Source: Eledone cirrhosa (lineage: Eukaryota). From it: 64,000 bases of DNA. Below the pieces are notes generated by a model that saw only the letters and a program-made list of their open reading frames with translations, had not been told where the DNA came from and made no database searches. The translations under genes and the position numbers were made by a program. Positions 12,501-27,130 of this stretch are shown piece after piece (position 1 is the first letter of the stretch; each line of letters opens with the position of its first letter). The stretch spans positions 80,786,001-80,850,000 of the forward strand of contig OZ024740.1 of NCBI GenBank assembly GCA_964016885.1, in the 5' to 3' direction.

Positions 12501-13210
12501 TTTGTCTCACTCGCTTTACGCGATTCACTTGTCCCAATAGGTTATTTTAGTTATTGCTCGCACCAACCTGAGGTATATGATTTTTAATGCGACGAAATAC
12601 CAATGATGGTTTGCAAATCACTGACGAGGGACTAATTTTATAATATGTAACCCATGTGCAACCACGCAGTATTCCTCTTTCTTCTCATGTTTTTTTTATA
12701 CATATTTACCTCGGCTGCGTGTGTCTGTTTCTCTCTTTCTCTCTTACTGCTCCCCCGTTCTCTCTGTTTCTCTCACCTTCTTTCGCCCCCACTGTCAGAT
12801 ACACTTTCTCTCGACTTACCTCTTCCTCGCAATTCCACTCACTCACTCTCTGTTTCTCCCCTTCTCATTTCCACCCGTTTCGTTAGTATCACATCTCACT
12901 CACCCGGACGGTCTGCATTCTGATCGCTCATGAAATTCACCCAGGTTATGCTGACCGGATAACCATGTTGCTTGTTTTTTTTCCTATCTTCGGTTTGCTT
13001 TTATCCTTCTATGTTGTTTATTTGTCTCACTCGCTTTACGCGATTCACTTGTCCCAATAGCTTATTTTAGTTATTGCTCGCACCAACCTGAGGTATATGA
13101 TTTTTAATGCGATGAAATACCAATGATGGTTGGCAAATCACTGACGAGGGACTAATTTTATAATATGTAACCCATGTGCAACCACGCAGTATTCCTCTTT
13201 CTTCTCATGT
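12501..13210 (+). mobile_element. Small non-coding element with ~190-bp terminal direct repeats, between (TA)n tracts
   Basis: 12501-12690 matches 13021-13210 around a pyrimidine-rich interior. Related pieces lie at 56848-56949 and about 57490-57600. Confidence 0.8.
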
Positions 13211-13275
<65 letters not shown>

Positions 13276-14419
13276 AGGTATACAGACAGTCGGATAGATT
13301 GATAGAGAGTTGGAGGAAAGAAAATGAAAGCGATAGAGGATGACATTGGATAAAATCATGTGATACCAGAATAACAAATGACTTAGCTGTCAAAAACCTC
13401 CTGCAGGCTAGATTTTGTCGAGATTCTTGGATAAAGTTATTCTGTAATAAACTGAGAGATAAATTGCAATGCAGCTAAATATTTAAGTAACCGAATTAAA
13501 TACATTCCATCCATAAACAGAAGAAAATAAATGTTTTTTTTTTGTTATTTTTGTTTTTGTTGTTGTTGTGGTTATCATGATCATGATCATGATCATGATC
13601 ATCATCAACATCATTACTAATATTATCTTTATTATTGGAGATACAAAAATGTGTCAAATCTAAAAGCATAAAAAATATATTATAATTTGTTTTTACCCGA
13701 TGGTGAAGATTAAGTTGAAGTTTTTCACTATCTTTTCATTTGTGTATGCATATTTGCATGTTTTTTTCTTGTTTGATTTGAAAACGTATTTTTCCAATGG
13801 GGATAAAATGAGTGTATGCCTATCATAATGATAGAAATCCGCTGTCTAATGCAGAGTTGTGTTAGCATATAGCTCGAGGCAGGCTACATTATCATGATAC
13901 AAGCAGAAATATCTGCTGCTCACAGTTCATATACAGGCGAGAGCTTTTATTAATCAGAAATATTTAAAGTAATGCTGAGCTTGCATATAGTATTTCATTT
14001 TTTGTTTTTACAAATAATTAACTAATTATTAATGTGCGGCAGTGGTGGTGCTGGTGGTCTTGAGTGGCAGCTTTGTCAATGATGACAGAAATAATATGAC
14101 TGATCACATTTAGTACAAAAGAATTAACAGAATAGTTAGTGAATAGTTAGTGAATAGATTAACAGAATAGTTAGTGTAGGATAAAAGATTTGTGGTACAT
14201 TTTTTGGCTCTTTAGGTTCTGTGTTCGAATCGTACCCAAGTCAACTTGACCTTTCGGAGTCTATAACATGAAGTAACATTCAAATACTGATGTCGATTTA
14301 ATCGACTTTCACTCCCCTCAAATTTGCTGCTCTTGTGCTTAGATTAGAATTTCTGTTGTTGTTTTCGTTGATTCTTTGATATTTTCATGTGATACTTTAA
14401 TGCAACAGCAGGGTAAAAA

Positions 14420-14752
14420 GTGTAAGACCCCCTTCGATAACGAATGGCCATGGGATTTGACCCTAGAAAGTATCCCTCTGAGGCACAAGTCCGGGCAAGG
14501 TTGTTTGTGGAAAACCAGTAGTCGACCCATACATACCAGCCTCCCCTCTCCACACCACTGATGTTGTGCAACAGAAAGGCAATGGCCGATACAGCTTGGC
14601 TCCGGTGACGTCGCATCTCATTTCTGCAGCTGAGTAAATTGGACGAACGTGAAATAAAGTGTCTTGCTCAGGCACACAACGCACGACGCGTCCGAGTATC
14701 GAACTCACAACTTTCCGATTGTAAGCCTAACTACTAGGCCATGCGCCTTCAC
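14420..14752 (-). mobile_element. tRNA-derived CORE/Meta-type SINE (octopus OR-like)
   Basis: Minus strand GTGAAGGCGCATGGCCTAGTAGTTAG...GAGTTCGATACTC (A and B boxes), then GTTGTGTGCCTGAGCAAGACACTTTATTTCAC core. Confidence 0.75.
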
Positions 14753-15739
14753 ATACTATGACATGCGCGTTCACATCAGCAGAGTCAGGTAATGCAATTT
14801 GTGTTATTTCGTTGGGTGTGAAATTCTTTTGTATGTGTAACTTAAATGGTGTTATGTGCCTCGCTAACAGTTATTCAGTTATGTAGAACTAAGAGGTTGC
14901 GGCTGTTTAATATGATAGTTGTGTCATGTGTTAGTAATGGAATGTCGTATAACAGGCTTCAGAGATGATGTATTGAGCTGTTTCAACTATGCATTTGTTT
15001 TACTGCTGAACATCATTTCGAGAAGAGATTCGTATTTCGTCGCAGTTTAATCCCGCTGTTCTCCATTTTGTAGAGAATAAATTTAATTGCCTTAAATTTA
15101 ACAATCAACAAATATATAATATTCCTATAAGATTTCGTATCATTTCCGCACCAAAAATGTAGTTTTACCTCTTTAAAATTTATATACACCGATACAAACA
15201 TGCGCGCACACACACACTCACGCCAATTGTATGTATATGAATGGGTTAGCAATATTTTTCTCTGTAGAGGTAGTTGTCAGAGTACTTGTCGAAACCGGCG
15301 TTGACTTGCTACTCAGGGCCTTTAGAGTGGGGGTAAAAGAAAATAAGCTGCTTTCAAGGGCATTATCGAAGGTAGCTAAGAAAGTGAGTCACTACATCTA
15401 ACTTAAAAGAGAAGATGAATGGTGGACTTGACACATTGAGCTGGATGGAGACGTCTCTCTAGGAATACGATCAGACTCACCTATGATAATGCTGTTGTGC
15501 AGGGACCTCGTCGGTTACATCAGTAGCTGGCTCTGAGTTGTCGTTTTGCAGTAGAAGGGGGCGAAACACCTACAGATTTACATCAACGTCTGAAGTGACA
15601 TCAACTTCTGCACTCGGAGACAAAGTTTAGTAACACCCCTAGTTCAGTGTTTATCAGGTTTATATACACATATATGCATATATGCATATATTTATATACT
15701 CGTATACTAGGAAAATAGGTAGGTATTCAGCTAGAACAA

Positions 15740-16285
15740 CAAAGGAGCTGGTGCAGTAATGTGCTAGCTTTAGCATTCAGTAATCAGAAGAAGGGAGGTA
15801 GGCGTAAAAGCCAAACTCGTTATCTTCAATTCATTATTCGTGCAAGCACTTACCTATGGTTATGAATCTTGGGTAATGACCGAAAGAATACGATCGCGAA
15901 TACAAGCAGCCAAAGTGGGGGTTCTCTGAAGGGTCTTTGGTGTAACGTTACTCGATAGAGTGTGTAACTCGGAGATAGAGAGCCTTTCCTGGTCGAGCCG
16001 CTACTTTTCCGAATTGAGAGATCCCACCTGCGATACTATGGGCATGTAGTTAGAATGTCTCAGGAAAGCAGTGCTGGGCAGATTTTACCGGCAAACACCA
16101 ACCAATAGCAGACTCAGGAGTACACTCTGAGCAAGATGGTTGGATAACATACATAAGCATGGCTGGTCTCGGCTGGGGATGCATCCGGATGAGTTGGAGA
16201 CGGTTGCTTCTGACAGGACCCGCTGGAATGAGTGCTTGAGGACTCTGCCCCACGACCCTCTCAGGAATAAGTGGGAAAAGAAGAA
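15740..16285 (+). mobile_element. RTE-clade (Expander/Rex3-like) LINE 3' fragment
   Basis: Translation FNSLFVQALTYGYESWVMTERIRSRIQAAKVGVL*RVFGVTLLDRVCNSEI matches the post-RT region of RTE elements. Confidence 0.8.
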
Positions 16286-16319
16286 AAGAACAATAACAAT
16301 GAAAATGATGTAGATAAGA

Positions 16320-16610
16320 TATGCTGACGAGGACGACGGCAACAAAGATGCTGATCATTGTGATGAAAATGATGATGATGATCGTGATGATGACGATGGT
16401 GATATTCGTAATCATGTTAGGGGTGAGGATGAGGCATGATGTTGATATGGTTCATGATGAAAATGATGATCATGTTAACGTTGATAATATTGATGAAGAT
16501 GATGATGATGACGGTGACGAGAATGATGTTGATAATGATGATAAACTATCGGTAATGGTGGTGACGATTAGATGCAGCTGGCAATGATGATGAACATCGT
16601 AACGATGGTG
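16320..16610. repeat. Degenerate (GAT)n low-complexity tract
   Basis: Direct inspection. Confidence 0.85.
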
Positions 16611-17765
16611 AAGAGAAATAAATTATATTCAACGATGAAAATATGCAAATTGGGGAATATTATAACCAAAAAAGAAAACATACACAAACACGCAACACAT
16701 GCGTGCACGCGCACACACACATACACATACATACGCACGCGCACAGACACACACACATACCCAGTCACACACAAGAATGCGAATAAAGATCCTGTTGAGC
16801 ACACTATAACATTTACATTTGAATTACAATTAGACGACTTCAAAATTTCTTTTTAGTTCACTCAAGTTTAACACTTAATATACTAAATATTAAAATAAGC
16901 TAACTACAAATACAGTGTGGGATTGAAATTAGTGATTGACACCATTTTCTTGTTTCTGTTTTCCTTGCAAAATTTGGTGATAATTTAGGAAAATTCCCGA
17001 CATTTTGGACCTCATTATAGAAAGGTAGTCTTCACAGACATTAATAATGTAGTGGTGGAGGGGTGAATTAACGAATATATATTGTCTATATGTATTTTGT
17101 TCCCCATGGCCATCAATGAAATTGCAGAAGCAACAACAAATGAATCACTAATATAATGCCCGAAGGTTCTACTTTAATCGGTGATGGAAAAATCATTGAA
17201 TAATTCAAACCTGTATCAAAAACAACTGCTACGTTTGTCTTAACATATTTAATGCAGTGAACATGAAAGAACAAACTAGAAATAATTGTATTAGTGGAAA
17301 CAGTTTCTTTCTTAATAATCATAATCATATAAAATATATGGACGCATTTCCACATATTATGACACACTCAAACACAAACACATAAGTACACACATATATA
17401 TATATATGTGTTACTTTCACCTGTATATTCCCACGATGGGATCTGTACACTTTTTTTCTTCTATTCCTTTCCTATTTTCCCCCTATCCCTCCCCCCCTGT
17501 TTTTCTTCCTTTCCCTCTCTTTCCTTTTCTCTCTCCTTTTGTTCTCTCTTTTTGTCCCTCCTTTTCGACCTGGCCTTTTGATTAATAAAAGGCCTCGGGC
17601 GCACCCGAACTACACCGATGTCCTGTAATTCGGCGCCGAAACATCGGTTCGGGAAACATTTACAGCTGACGATGGAAACTCGTTTCTTCCTTTCTCCTCC
17701 TGTTCCGTCCTAACCACCATCCTAAACCTTGTTTTTAGTAACCACACAGTTCCTTTCGTTTCATA

Positions 17766-17882
<117 letters not shown>

Positions 17883-18251
17883 GGTGGGGATGAAGACGCC
17901 CGAAACAGTGTTTATCGTAAAATGCATACATGGAAATTGCATGCCACTGTCTGAATATGGTGAGACTATCTTCTCAAATTCAAGTCAGAAACTTCCTTTT
18001 GGAGTGTTCAGGTGATAAGAAACTAAAAACAAAGCGGACACGCATAAATTTGGGCCAACCAAGTCTTTTGGATAAATTGAGACAATGAAGTATGAGTGGA
18101 CTTTATCTACAAGTTATCTTGGTGAAAGCAACTGGCATGTTTCGAGCTAAATAAAGTTTTCCAGCGAAATATATTAGAAAGTTGACTAAACTTAGGAGAC
18201 TGTTAAATATGTCCGCTGTTTTATTTAATGTAGCAATCGATTAACTTCTAC

Positions 18252-18300
<49 letters not shown>

Positions 18301-18649
18301 TATCATCATCATCAGTGTCATCTTCATCATCTTCTTCATCATCCTCAACAGCTACTACAACAAAAACGACATTTCTTTTCCACAGAAAATGTTCAATGCT
18401 GAAATAGTTTATGTTATATTGAACAACAAAACCATTTCTTGGAGGAATAATATCTTTAGAAACTTAGATACATTCACGACTGTATCGCAAACAGTTATAT
18501 CGATTGAATTCTATGTAAAGATATTTGCATGAGAAATAATAAAGAAATATGTTTTTTTCTCCTTATTATATACAAGATTTATGATGCAAATCATTAATAA
18601 GCTACACTATATCTATTATATTATATTATAATGTCGCAATAATTGCGTC

Positions 18650-18770
18650 CGAGGTGGTGAATTAGCATGAATATTAGAACGTTGGAGAAAATTCCTTTCA
18701 ATAATTTACAACAGGCTTCTTGCATTCTGAGTTCAAATTCCCCCGAGGTCAACGTTGTCTTTCACTCTGG
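18650..18770 (+). mobile_element. OK-like SINE, degenerate
   Basis: GGTGGTGAATTAGCATGAAT...TTCTGAGTTCAAATTCCCCCGAGGTCAACGTTGTCTTTCA. Confidence 0.6.
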
Positions 18771-20025
18771 TGAGCGAAGTGACAAATTATTTAACAAGAT
18801 GCATTATAACATTTTTATCCGAGTTCTTTTCATTCTGAGTTCAAATCCCGCCATGGCATACTGAATTGGTAGACGAAATCAATTGACTTTTAGAAAGTTG
18901 ATTAAACTGAAAGTCCTATCAATATGCAGGAAAGGAGAAACAAATTATTTGCCCATTATATCAATTAACACTGAAATTGACTTGGTCTATTAATCTCTCT
19001 ACCACATTGTTACTCTGTGTGCTTGTGAACACTTGAACTATGTTTCAGGATTGATGATACTTTAGTTACTAGCATGAATATCACATGCATTGAAAAACTT
19101 CATAGTAATTACCCTTTGTCCTCATCAAACCCATGAACCCCAACTTCAGCCAATGCATTAGATCATTTAGTTCAATTCTTTATGCTGTGATCAAACTCTA
19201 TCAGACTTATCATTTATTTCCAGTATTCAATTATAGAAATATCATTTAGTTAAGTATGTACATCCATAATATAACATTATCTATATGTAAGTGAAATAAA
19301 TCAATGTTAATAATCCCTATGACAAAAATGATACCACGCAACAATTTCAAAATGAAGCCAATGTTTATTTTAGTTCGGTAACAATTCGAAAACTTTCTTC
19401 TTTTTTTCGTAAATTATACACGAGTGGAATAGAACATACATTATGCAAAACAACATTATCAAAGAAATCAGTCAGTTAACAAGTTTTTCAGAAGCTTTTA
19501 GTGTTGGTATTGGTTTTTATTTCTGTTGAAGTTTTGTTACTTCTTCCAATACCATACCATTAAACATACACTAGCTAAATGAAATATTGTCAGTTCGGTG
19601 GAGAAAAAACCTAAAACAAAACAACGCTAGTATGCTACACTACACACTAGACAAATAAAATCTCATTTCCTACGATAAAATCATTATCTTTTACGCAGCG
19701 CATGTTCCAATGGACTGTGTACATTATAAATATCTTCTCTTTTTTTTTAAAATTAATTCATTCATTTTCTTGTTAATGTTAAGATTGTGGTGGTAGTATG
19801 AAAGTGATTGCAGTGAATCTAAATATTGATATTAAGCTAGCACATCGAAATATCTTGTATTGTTACAATGGGTGTTGGAATTGAAAGAAACACCCAGCAA
19901 CAAAATGCTTACTGCATGTTGTCGATTCAATGAACTAGCGATATTATATTGAGAGCATAATCAAGACAGAGAATGTATGTTTAATCATTAACATTCAGTA
20001 TCATTATGAAATTCGTTATTGTAAT

Positions 20026-20070
20026 GATAGTAGTAGCAACAGCAGCAGCAACAGTAGCAGCAGTAGTAGC

Positions 20071-20117
<47 letters not shown>

Positions 20118-20511
20118 CAACAGCAGCAATAGTAGTAGTACTAGTAATGGTAGTAGTAGTAGTAGTAGTAGTAGTAATAGTAGCAGTAGTAGTAGTAGTA
20201 ACATTAGTAGTATTAGTAGTGGTAGTAGAATTAGTAGTGATAGTAGTAGTGGTAGTAGTAGCAACAGCGGTAGTAGTAGTAATAGTAGTAGTAATAGTAG
20301 TAGTAATAGTAGTAGTATTATTAGTAGTAGTAGTGATAGTAGTAGTAGCAGCAGTATTAATAGTAGTAGTGATAGTAGTAGTAGCAACAGTATTAGTATC
20401 AGTAGTAGCAGTAGTAGTAGTAGTAGTAGTAGTAGTAGAAGAATTAGTAGTGATAGCAGTAGTAACATTAGTAGTAGTAGTGGTAGTAGTGGCAGTAGCA
20501 GCAGTAGCAGC

Positions 20512-20564
<53 letters not shown>

Positions 20565-20578
20565 CAATAGTAGTAGTG

Positions 20579-20631
<53 letters not shown>

Positions 20632-20678
20632 AGTGGTAGTGGTAGTGGTAGTGGTAGTAGTAGTAGTAGTAGTAGCAA

Positions 20679-20733
<55 letters not shown>

Positions 20734-20822
20734 AGTGGTAGTGGTAGTAGTAGTAGTAGTAGTAGGATGAGGAGGAGGGGTAGTAGCAGCAGCAGCCGTA
20801 GTAGTAGTAGGAGTAGGAGTAG

Positions 20823-20865
<43 letters not shown>

Positions 20866-20923
20866 GGTAGTAGTAGTGGTAGTAGTAGTAGTAGTAGGAG
20901 GATGAGTAGTAGCAGCAGCAGCC

Positions 20924-20967
<44 letters not shown>

Positions 20968-20995
20968 TGTGGTGGCGGTAGTAGTAGCAGCAGCC

Positions 20996-21038
<43 letters not shown>

Positions 21039-21097
21039 CAGTAGCCGTAGTAGTAGTAGTAGTAGTAGTTGTGGTGGCGGTAGTAGTAGCAGCAGCC

Positions 21098-21137
<40 letters not shown>

Positions 21138-21150
21138 GAGTAGTTGTAGC
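20026..21150. repeat. ~1.1-kb (AGT)n trinucleotide tract with GCA/GGT/GGA variants and higher-order blocks
   Basis: Direct inspection. It explains the poly-T/V/L/Y/S ORFs in the track. Confidence 0.97.
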
Positions 21151-21949
21151 AAAGCAGCAGATTTTGTTCACATTGTTGTAAATATAAAAAGTATTTATAT
21201 TTCATGGAATTCACACACACCCAACTTCAGTTCCTTTATAGTATAGCTAAGAAACCTTAAATATATACATTCTCAATGCACGTATAATGAACCGATCGTA
21301 TTCATCCTGTCACAGTACCTATAATATATATATATTGTTATTGTTTTAAGGCCCAGGTCAGCGCTGGACAAACTGTCGTAGGGTTAAAGGTATTCTCATC
21401 TTGACAATTCATATTTGTATATTTATATAAACAGTTATATACCATCAACCTCACCGTGAGCAACGAATGATAAATATCAATGTAGAAATAAATTTCATAT
21501 TTTTACTAGAGCAGAGGTATAAATGTATTTTTATATTTGTTTATATTTTATAGTAAGGCTTATTATTTAAATTCCTTAGGTATACAGTACATTAATAATT
21601 TCAGATTACCGGATATACGTTGTGTTGTGCATAATTAAGAAATTCCTCGGTTAATTAATTCATCAATTAAATAACCATATGTTTAAGTCATGATACTTCA
21701 AATCAGTGACGGTGAATCTTAATATTATTGTCGATTAATTCATTTCAACGTTCTTCGCCATTTCCATTAACATTATAATTTCTGCAAATGACATACACTC
21801 TGTAACTGTTCAATATATACAACTCTTGCCAGAGAAATGACATGATTTTATGAGAGATTTTCTTTGCAGTTTCAAATCTCGTTAAAATAACGATGACAAA
21901 ATCGATAACGACATAAACAGATGATCAAAATAATAATGTTGCAGATCTA

Positions 21950-24760
21950 TGAGTATACTTTGCTTGCGCATTCTGATTTGTCCTCATTTTTATTTTATTT
22001 TACTTATGATCTAATTTTAGTGTAAACTCATCTGTTAGCCCGTTAGGCGTTTTGTTAGCAGCATGTCTTTCTGACGTCATTAATTCTGCACAATTCGGCT
22101 AGCAGCTCTGCGTTGCGTACTATAGTACTGACACTGACATCTTTCGCTTGTAATAGTGTGTTGTAGATGTTAAAGGGGTTAAAAATATTAAGCCAAATAT
22201 ATGGCATGAGTACATATCTGAAAGAGGTGTATATAATAGCTCATTTTATTTCACTTTTGATTTTGGACGTCCTATTAAGTTTGAGGATATCCCAGAAAGA
22301 GTTTTGATACAATTGAAATTTGATGCAAACGATTTCACATTATTGATTCTGACCAACCCCGGTTTATTGTCATACATTTTGCCTTCGTCCCATGACTTTT
22401 GTTTTATTTTCACTTGGTTACATTTGTTTGAAGCATAATAATGTATAGCCTGTAAGTCTGTTAGCCAAATGAATTTGGAAAAATATTATATACACATTAA
22501 ATGGTTTTGAAACGGGTAGCTGCTTCAATATAGCACTCATGTCATATACATCCAATATGCTGCATATGTTAGAAATGAGCAACACGATTTAAATCGAGCG
22601 ATATCCTTTGTATTCGCTTGTACCTGGCTGTCATACTTGTAATATTGTCATATCTTTGACTACTGTAATTTTCGAATAGAATGCCGTTTTCCTGAACAGT
22701 TCCCTTCTGATTCTATTCTTTGAAAGTAATATATCATACATGTAGTTTATTCTATTCGATATGAATGAAATAATTGTTCATATAAACTATTCTTTTATAG
22801 TACTTTGTCATATATTGTTTAGAGAATACTTTCAAAAACGAGATTAGATCAAAGAGAAATAATTCATAACGTGATTCAGCGCACAAATGATGTGCTTGCA
22901 AAACTTTTGCCTTTGCTGACTTTATTTGATATTTCTCGCATAAATTGCACGTAAAGGATCCCAATGAGACAAAATTTGAACAAGCTCATATATGTTAAGA
23001 GCAGGAACATTGCCAATTCCATGAGAGGTACCAGGGATTGTCAACTGTTTCGCCCCAAAATACAGCAATGTAAACTAGCTTCTGTAAAATATTAACTACT
23101 ACAGCTCAATTTGTTTAATAAGGAAATGGTTCATATATCAGTTTGAATTAATTCTGTGTTCGACCTCTTTTCATACATAATTTGCGCTATCCTGGTTATT
23201 AAGTTTATATTCAGCAATTCAGAGGTGTAATATTCTCCAGATTTTTATGTTGGACCGTCCATATTCCCTTGTAAATGTTGATACATTATCTCTGCCGTTT
23301 TCAAAAGACCGACATGGTATAGAAAATAGCATTTGGTTCTTGACACTCCTCGCTGTGTAACATATCTGAAACATTTAACTGTTGTGATTCTTGTGTTTAA
23401 AGAAGTGAAATTGAAGACAGTACTGGTAAATGCACTGAGTAAGGGACTATTTCAGTTCTGCCACAAAGTATCTAAGTTATCTGTACTTAGTTGTCTTAAC
23501 TCTCCAATACCAAACCAATTCAATGTTTCATTGATAACTTTCTGTCAAATGTAAGTAAATGGTATTTTGCTCACTTTTACTTGTGATTTCTTCGGGTATC
23601 GTTCATGATCAAGTTTCATTCTGAGTTTTAGATGAAGTCATATTTTTTACGTCTATTCTTTAAACCAGTAAAAGAATAGTTTTTTTGCCATTACAGGACA
23701 AACCCTTTACTGTAATCCGCGGCAGTTTCTAGCGTTAAATTGAGAAAGTTAAATTGCTTATGATTTAAAGCATAGTCTTCTCTTTTGGCGTCTTATAGAA
23801 TAATAATGTAACATAGAACAAAGACTAAGATTTATAATTCAAGGCTAAGGAAATTATACGGTTGCAGGTGGAGTGGCACCAATCTTTTTCCTAAATATCG
23901 CAATACCTTTATTATATAATTATAACTTTATAATGATTACCTGAATAATAATAGGGTGGTATATATGACGAAAATTATGGTAGACCTCTGTATTAATTGG
24001 TAAAAATCCCCATTAATTTTACACCTATTCCATTATTACCATGTATATGTCTATTAACACAAGGAGTTTGCCTCCACATTGTTGTTAGATTTGCATAAAA
24101 TAGCATCTAACTCACTCTAAAATCACGTTCTGCCTTTTTCAGCAGAGTATGATAAAAATGCTAGCATAGTCGTAGCTGTAATGACGTTGACCATAGGTCT
24201 GCATAATTAGAGCTTACCTACCTCTAAAAAACAAAGGAAATAACATCTACTCCTAATATTATTGCTTCCATTCTAATCTTTGCTTAGATTCAAAATATAT
24301 GTTTATGAGAAGACAATATAAATGTCTTCTGATATAACGGTAAAAGGCTGTCTAGACAGCTGAATGAATAGAAAAAAACTTTTCAGGAGTTGTCTTATTT
24401 TATAGGTGTTAATATTTTATGTTATACGCTAATGAAAATTATATTTCAATTCTAACGATTCCCATGTGGGCGAATAAGTTTAGACATAGGTTAGCCTAGG
24501 GTCAGAAATTTGCTATATATTCTTAAATTCTTCGAAAGCATTCCATTGTTCGTTTTCAAAAACGCTTTAGCGATTCTATTCTGTTGGAAGATACGCCATT
24601 TGTTTTTTTTAAACCAGACAATTAGTGTTATTTTTCCACATCTGTTGCCATTCCAAGTTTTCATCAACTCTCAATACACCCACTCTGTCCTCTTTCTATA
24701 ATAATTGAAGTAATATTTTCTAATATTCTCAAAAATTCGTACGTTTAACTAGATTGTTTT
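21950..24760 (-). pseudogene. Decayed coding-like region, candidate endogenous toti-like virus capsid
   Basis: Long stop-poor minus-strand frames (e.g. KVINETLNWFGIGELRQLSTDNLDTLWQN; TIPGTSHGIGNVPALNIYELVQILSHWDPLRAIYARNIK). ELMKTWNGN at 24644-24670 resembles the NxxMHxxNGN motif that precedes IMNV-like capsids. Confidence 0.35.
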
Positions 24761-24880
24761 AATCTACCAAACAGAATAACACTACAGCATTAATATCTAT
24801 CCTATTGACCCGGAATTAGGAAAGTTAATTATGACAAAGGTGAAATTCGCATATCGATATTAAAAGATTTAAATACTTTA

Positions 24881-26092
24881 CAAAGTTCGACTGAAAAGTT
24901 CATAGGCTGACCAAGATACTCTCATAGAATGTGACCAAATGATGTTTATTTTCCAACATAGTCCCCCTTGTGGTCCACACGATTCTTGCATCAGTGTTGT
25001 AGTGATTACATCTCATTGGCGAAGAAATGTTCATCCTGTTGGTAAAAATCGCCATCAACAACAGATATGACGTCATCATCATTGCAATACTGATTCCCAG
25101 CTCAGAGTTTTCCATGTTGAAGAACAGATGATAGTCAGATGGGACCAAATCAAGAGAATATGAAGTGTAATCAACGAGGTCAAAGCCACAGACATGCAAG
25201 GCAGCCATTGAAACCTAGGACTTCTCCTTATGAAACAAGACCACTGGGCATTTGGTTTGATAACCTTTCGTAAATGCCTCTGGAAGTTGGCATAGTACTC
25301 TTCGTTGATGCTGATGCCCTTTTGAAGATAGTCAATAAACACACTGAATTTTGAATCCCCCAAAACTGAGGCGATCAATCAATTTTCCTGCAAATGAAAG
25401 CACGTTGGCCTTCTTTGGAGCTTGTGAAGAGGGTTGCTTCCACTACAGGGATTGTCGCTTTGTGTCTGGTTCAAAGTGTTGAACACAAACTCATCCTGGA
25501 TTAGGAAACGTTCAAGGAAACCAGCTGGATCTGTCTCAATCACAAATTTTCTCGTGACGTGATCAGCCTAGTGCGTTTTTGATCAGGTGTCAGAAGATGT
25601 AGCACGCACCTAACACAAACATTCGTCTTGTCAATTCCATTTGATTTATAGCCAGTCGCTTATCATCCACCACCATGCCGTGAACACGATCACTGTTTTT
25701 TTGGTAGTGGCAGTTGCAAAACTTCCAGACCTCGAGTCATATTCAAGACTCTCCGTCCCGCTCTTAATTTCAGCTGTCCACCTTTGCACTGTTGATAAAG
25801 CTGGAGTGACATCCCCTAAACTAGCAACAATGTCAGCAACAATTACCTTGAGGGCTAAACACTTTTTCTGTAGGTACGTGATAACACAACGATGGTAATG
25901 TTTGTCTATTTTCAAACGAAGTCCCTACTATTTACATTTAGAGTCTGCGTTGAACAGTTAGATACAGTTTACCTAGTTTACCTGGATAAAACATGCAGTT
26001 ATTAATGAGAATAGTTGTAATTAATGCATACAGGATTTCACAGTTATAGCGCCACCTGTTCATAGGCATATGAACTTTTCAGTCCACCCTCG
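24881..26092 (-). mobile_element. Mariner DNA transposon, near full length, degenerate transposase
   Basis: Imperfect TIRs CAAAGTTCGACTGAAAAGTTCATA / TATGAACTTTTCAGTCCACCCTCG with TA on both sides. Transposase has MKIDKHYHRCVITYL..STVQRW..DSRSG, IDYLQKGISINEEYY and YSLDLVPSDYHLF. Confidence 0.93.
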
Positions 26093-26898
26093 TAAGGTTT
26101 TCTTTTCGTAAAACTATAGTTTCTTGACCGCTGTTTCAGTCCGAAAACCAGGTGATAATGCTGTTTTACTCGGTTGAATCGATCCACATCATATATAATG
26201 TTGGACCTTTTTCTATTGACTCCAAAACGATGAAAGGCAAATTACATATCAGTGGATGCAACCCACATAGAAGGAGACAAATGTATAACACAATATATTT
26301 TGCTCGATTCTCTACCGTTCCAGCTACTCCATCGTCTTCAAGTCATCGCTTTTGATAACGAAGTTATATTCAAGAGTAAATGTTTAGATTACCTTTCAAA
26401 CTGTTGACATTTTGTACAATATACATTGTATAATATCATTCGTCTACATCAGCCACAATTGCTATGAACCTACCTCTAGATATATGAGTCATTAAAATAT
26501 CTGTTTATTCTATTGTTTTGAGTTCATATTTCCACATCACGGTGAGTTTTAGTAGCTATTGTTCTTAAGAATGTTTCCATCCATTATAATTCAGTCGCTG
26601 TTAAAAGATTCATCTGTTACCATTAGTATTCTACTTTTTTTTTCATTTGTCTCCATCCGTTTGTTCAGTTATATGTAGTGTCATATACTTTTATTTTCTC
26701 GTTTATCTTGTCTAGTAATAAAGCTGTTCCCTGATTCAGTTTACAATGATTGTCAGCATCAATGCTTATATAACTGTATGACGTCTCTATTTAGGAGGTT
26801 CTTTCATTGACCTATTGCAAACGTGACTATTGAGTTGATATTCATCGAATTTGACATCCGCTAAGACTATTTGGAAATTTGTCTTTATTTCTTTTTCA

Positions 26899-26929
<31 letters not shown>

Positions 26930-27130
26930 GATAGAGTAAGACACGCTTCGCATCGGCTCCGCTATTCCATCGGGATTTACCCTTACTATTGTAAGTACCG
27001 GATAAATTTTTTAGTGCAACACATTTGGAACACTAACCCCTGTTATTTAGGGAAACATTTTTGCATTTACCCCCTTTTTAGGGGGTAAAATAAATATCTA
27101 TTTTTGCCGAAAAATTTCTTTCTTGGCAGC

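Noticed and set aside
13790-13990. Possible host exon or conserved non-coding element
   Set aside because: Complex unique sequence, but no convincing ORF, splice pair or recognisable motif.
19981-21246. Long poly-Thr/Val/Leu/Tyr/Ser ORFs suggesting a mucin-like gene
   Set aside because: They are open in several frames on both strands only because of the (AGT)n tract; I saw no splice or domain evidence.
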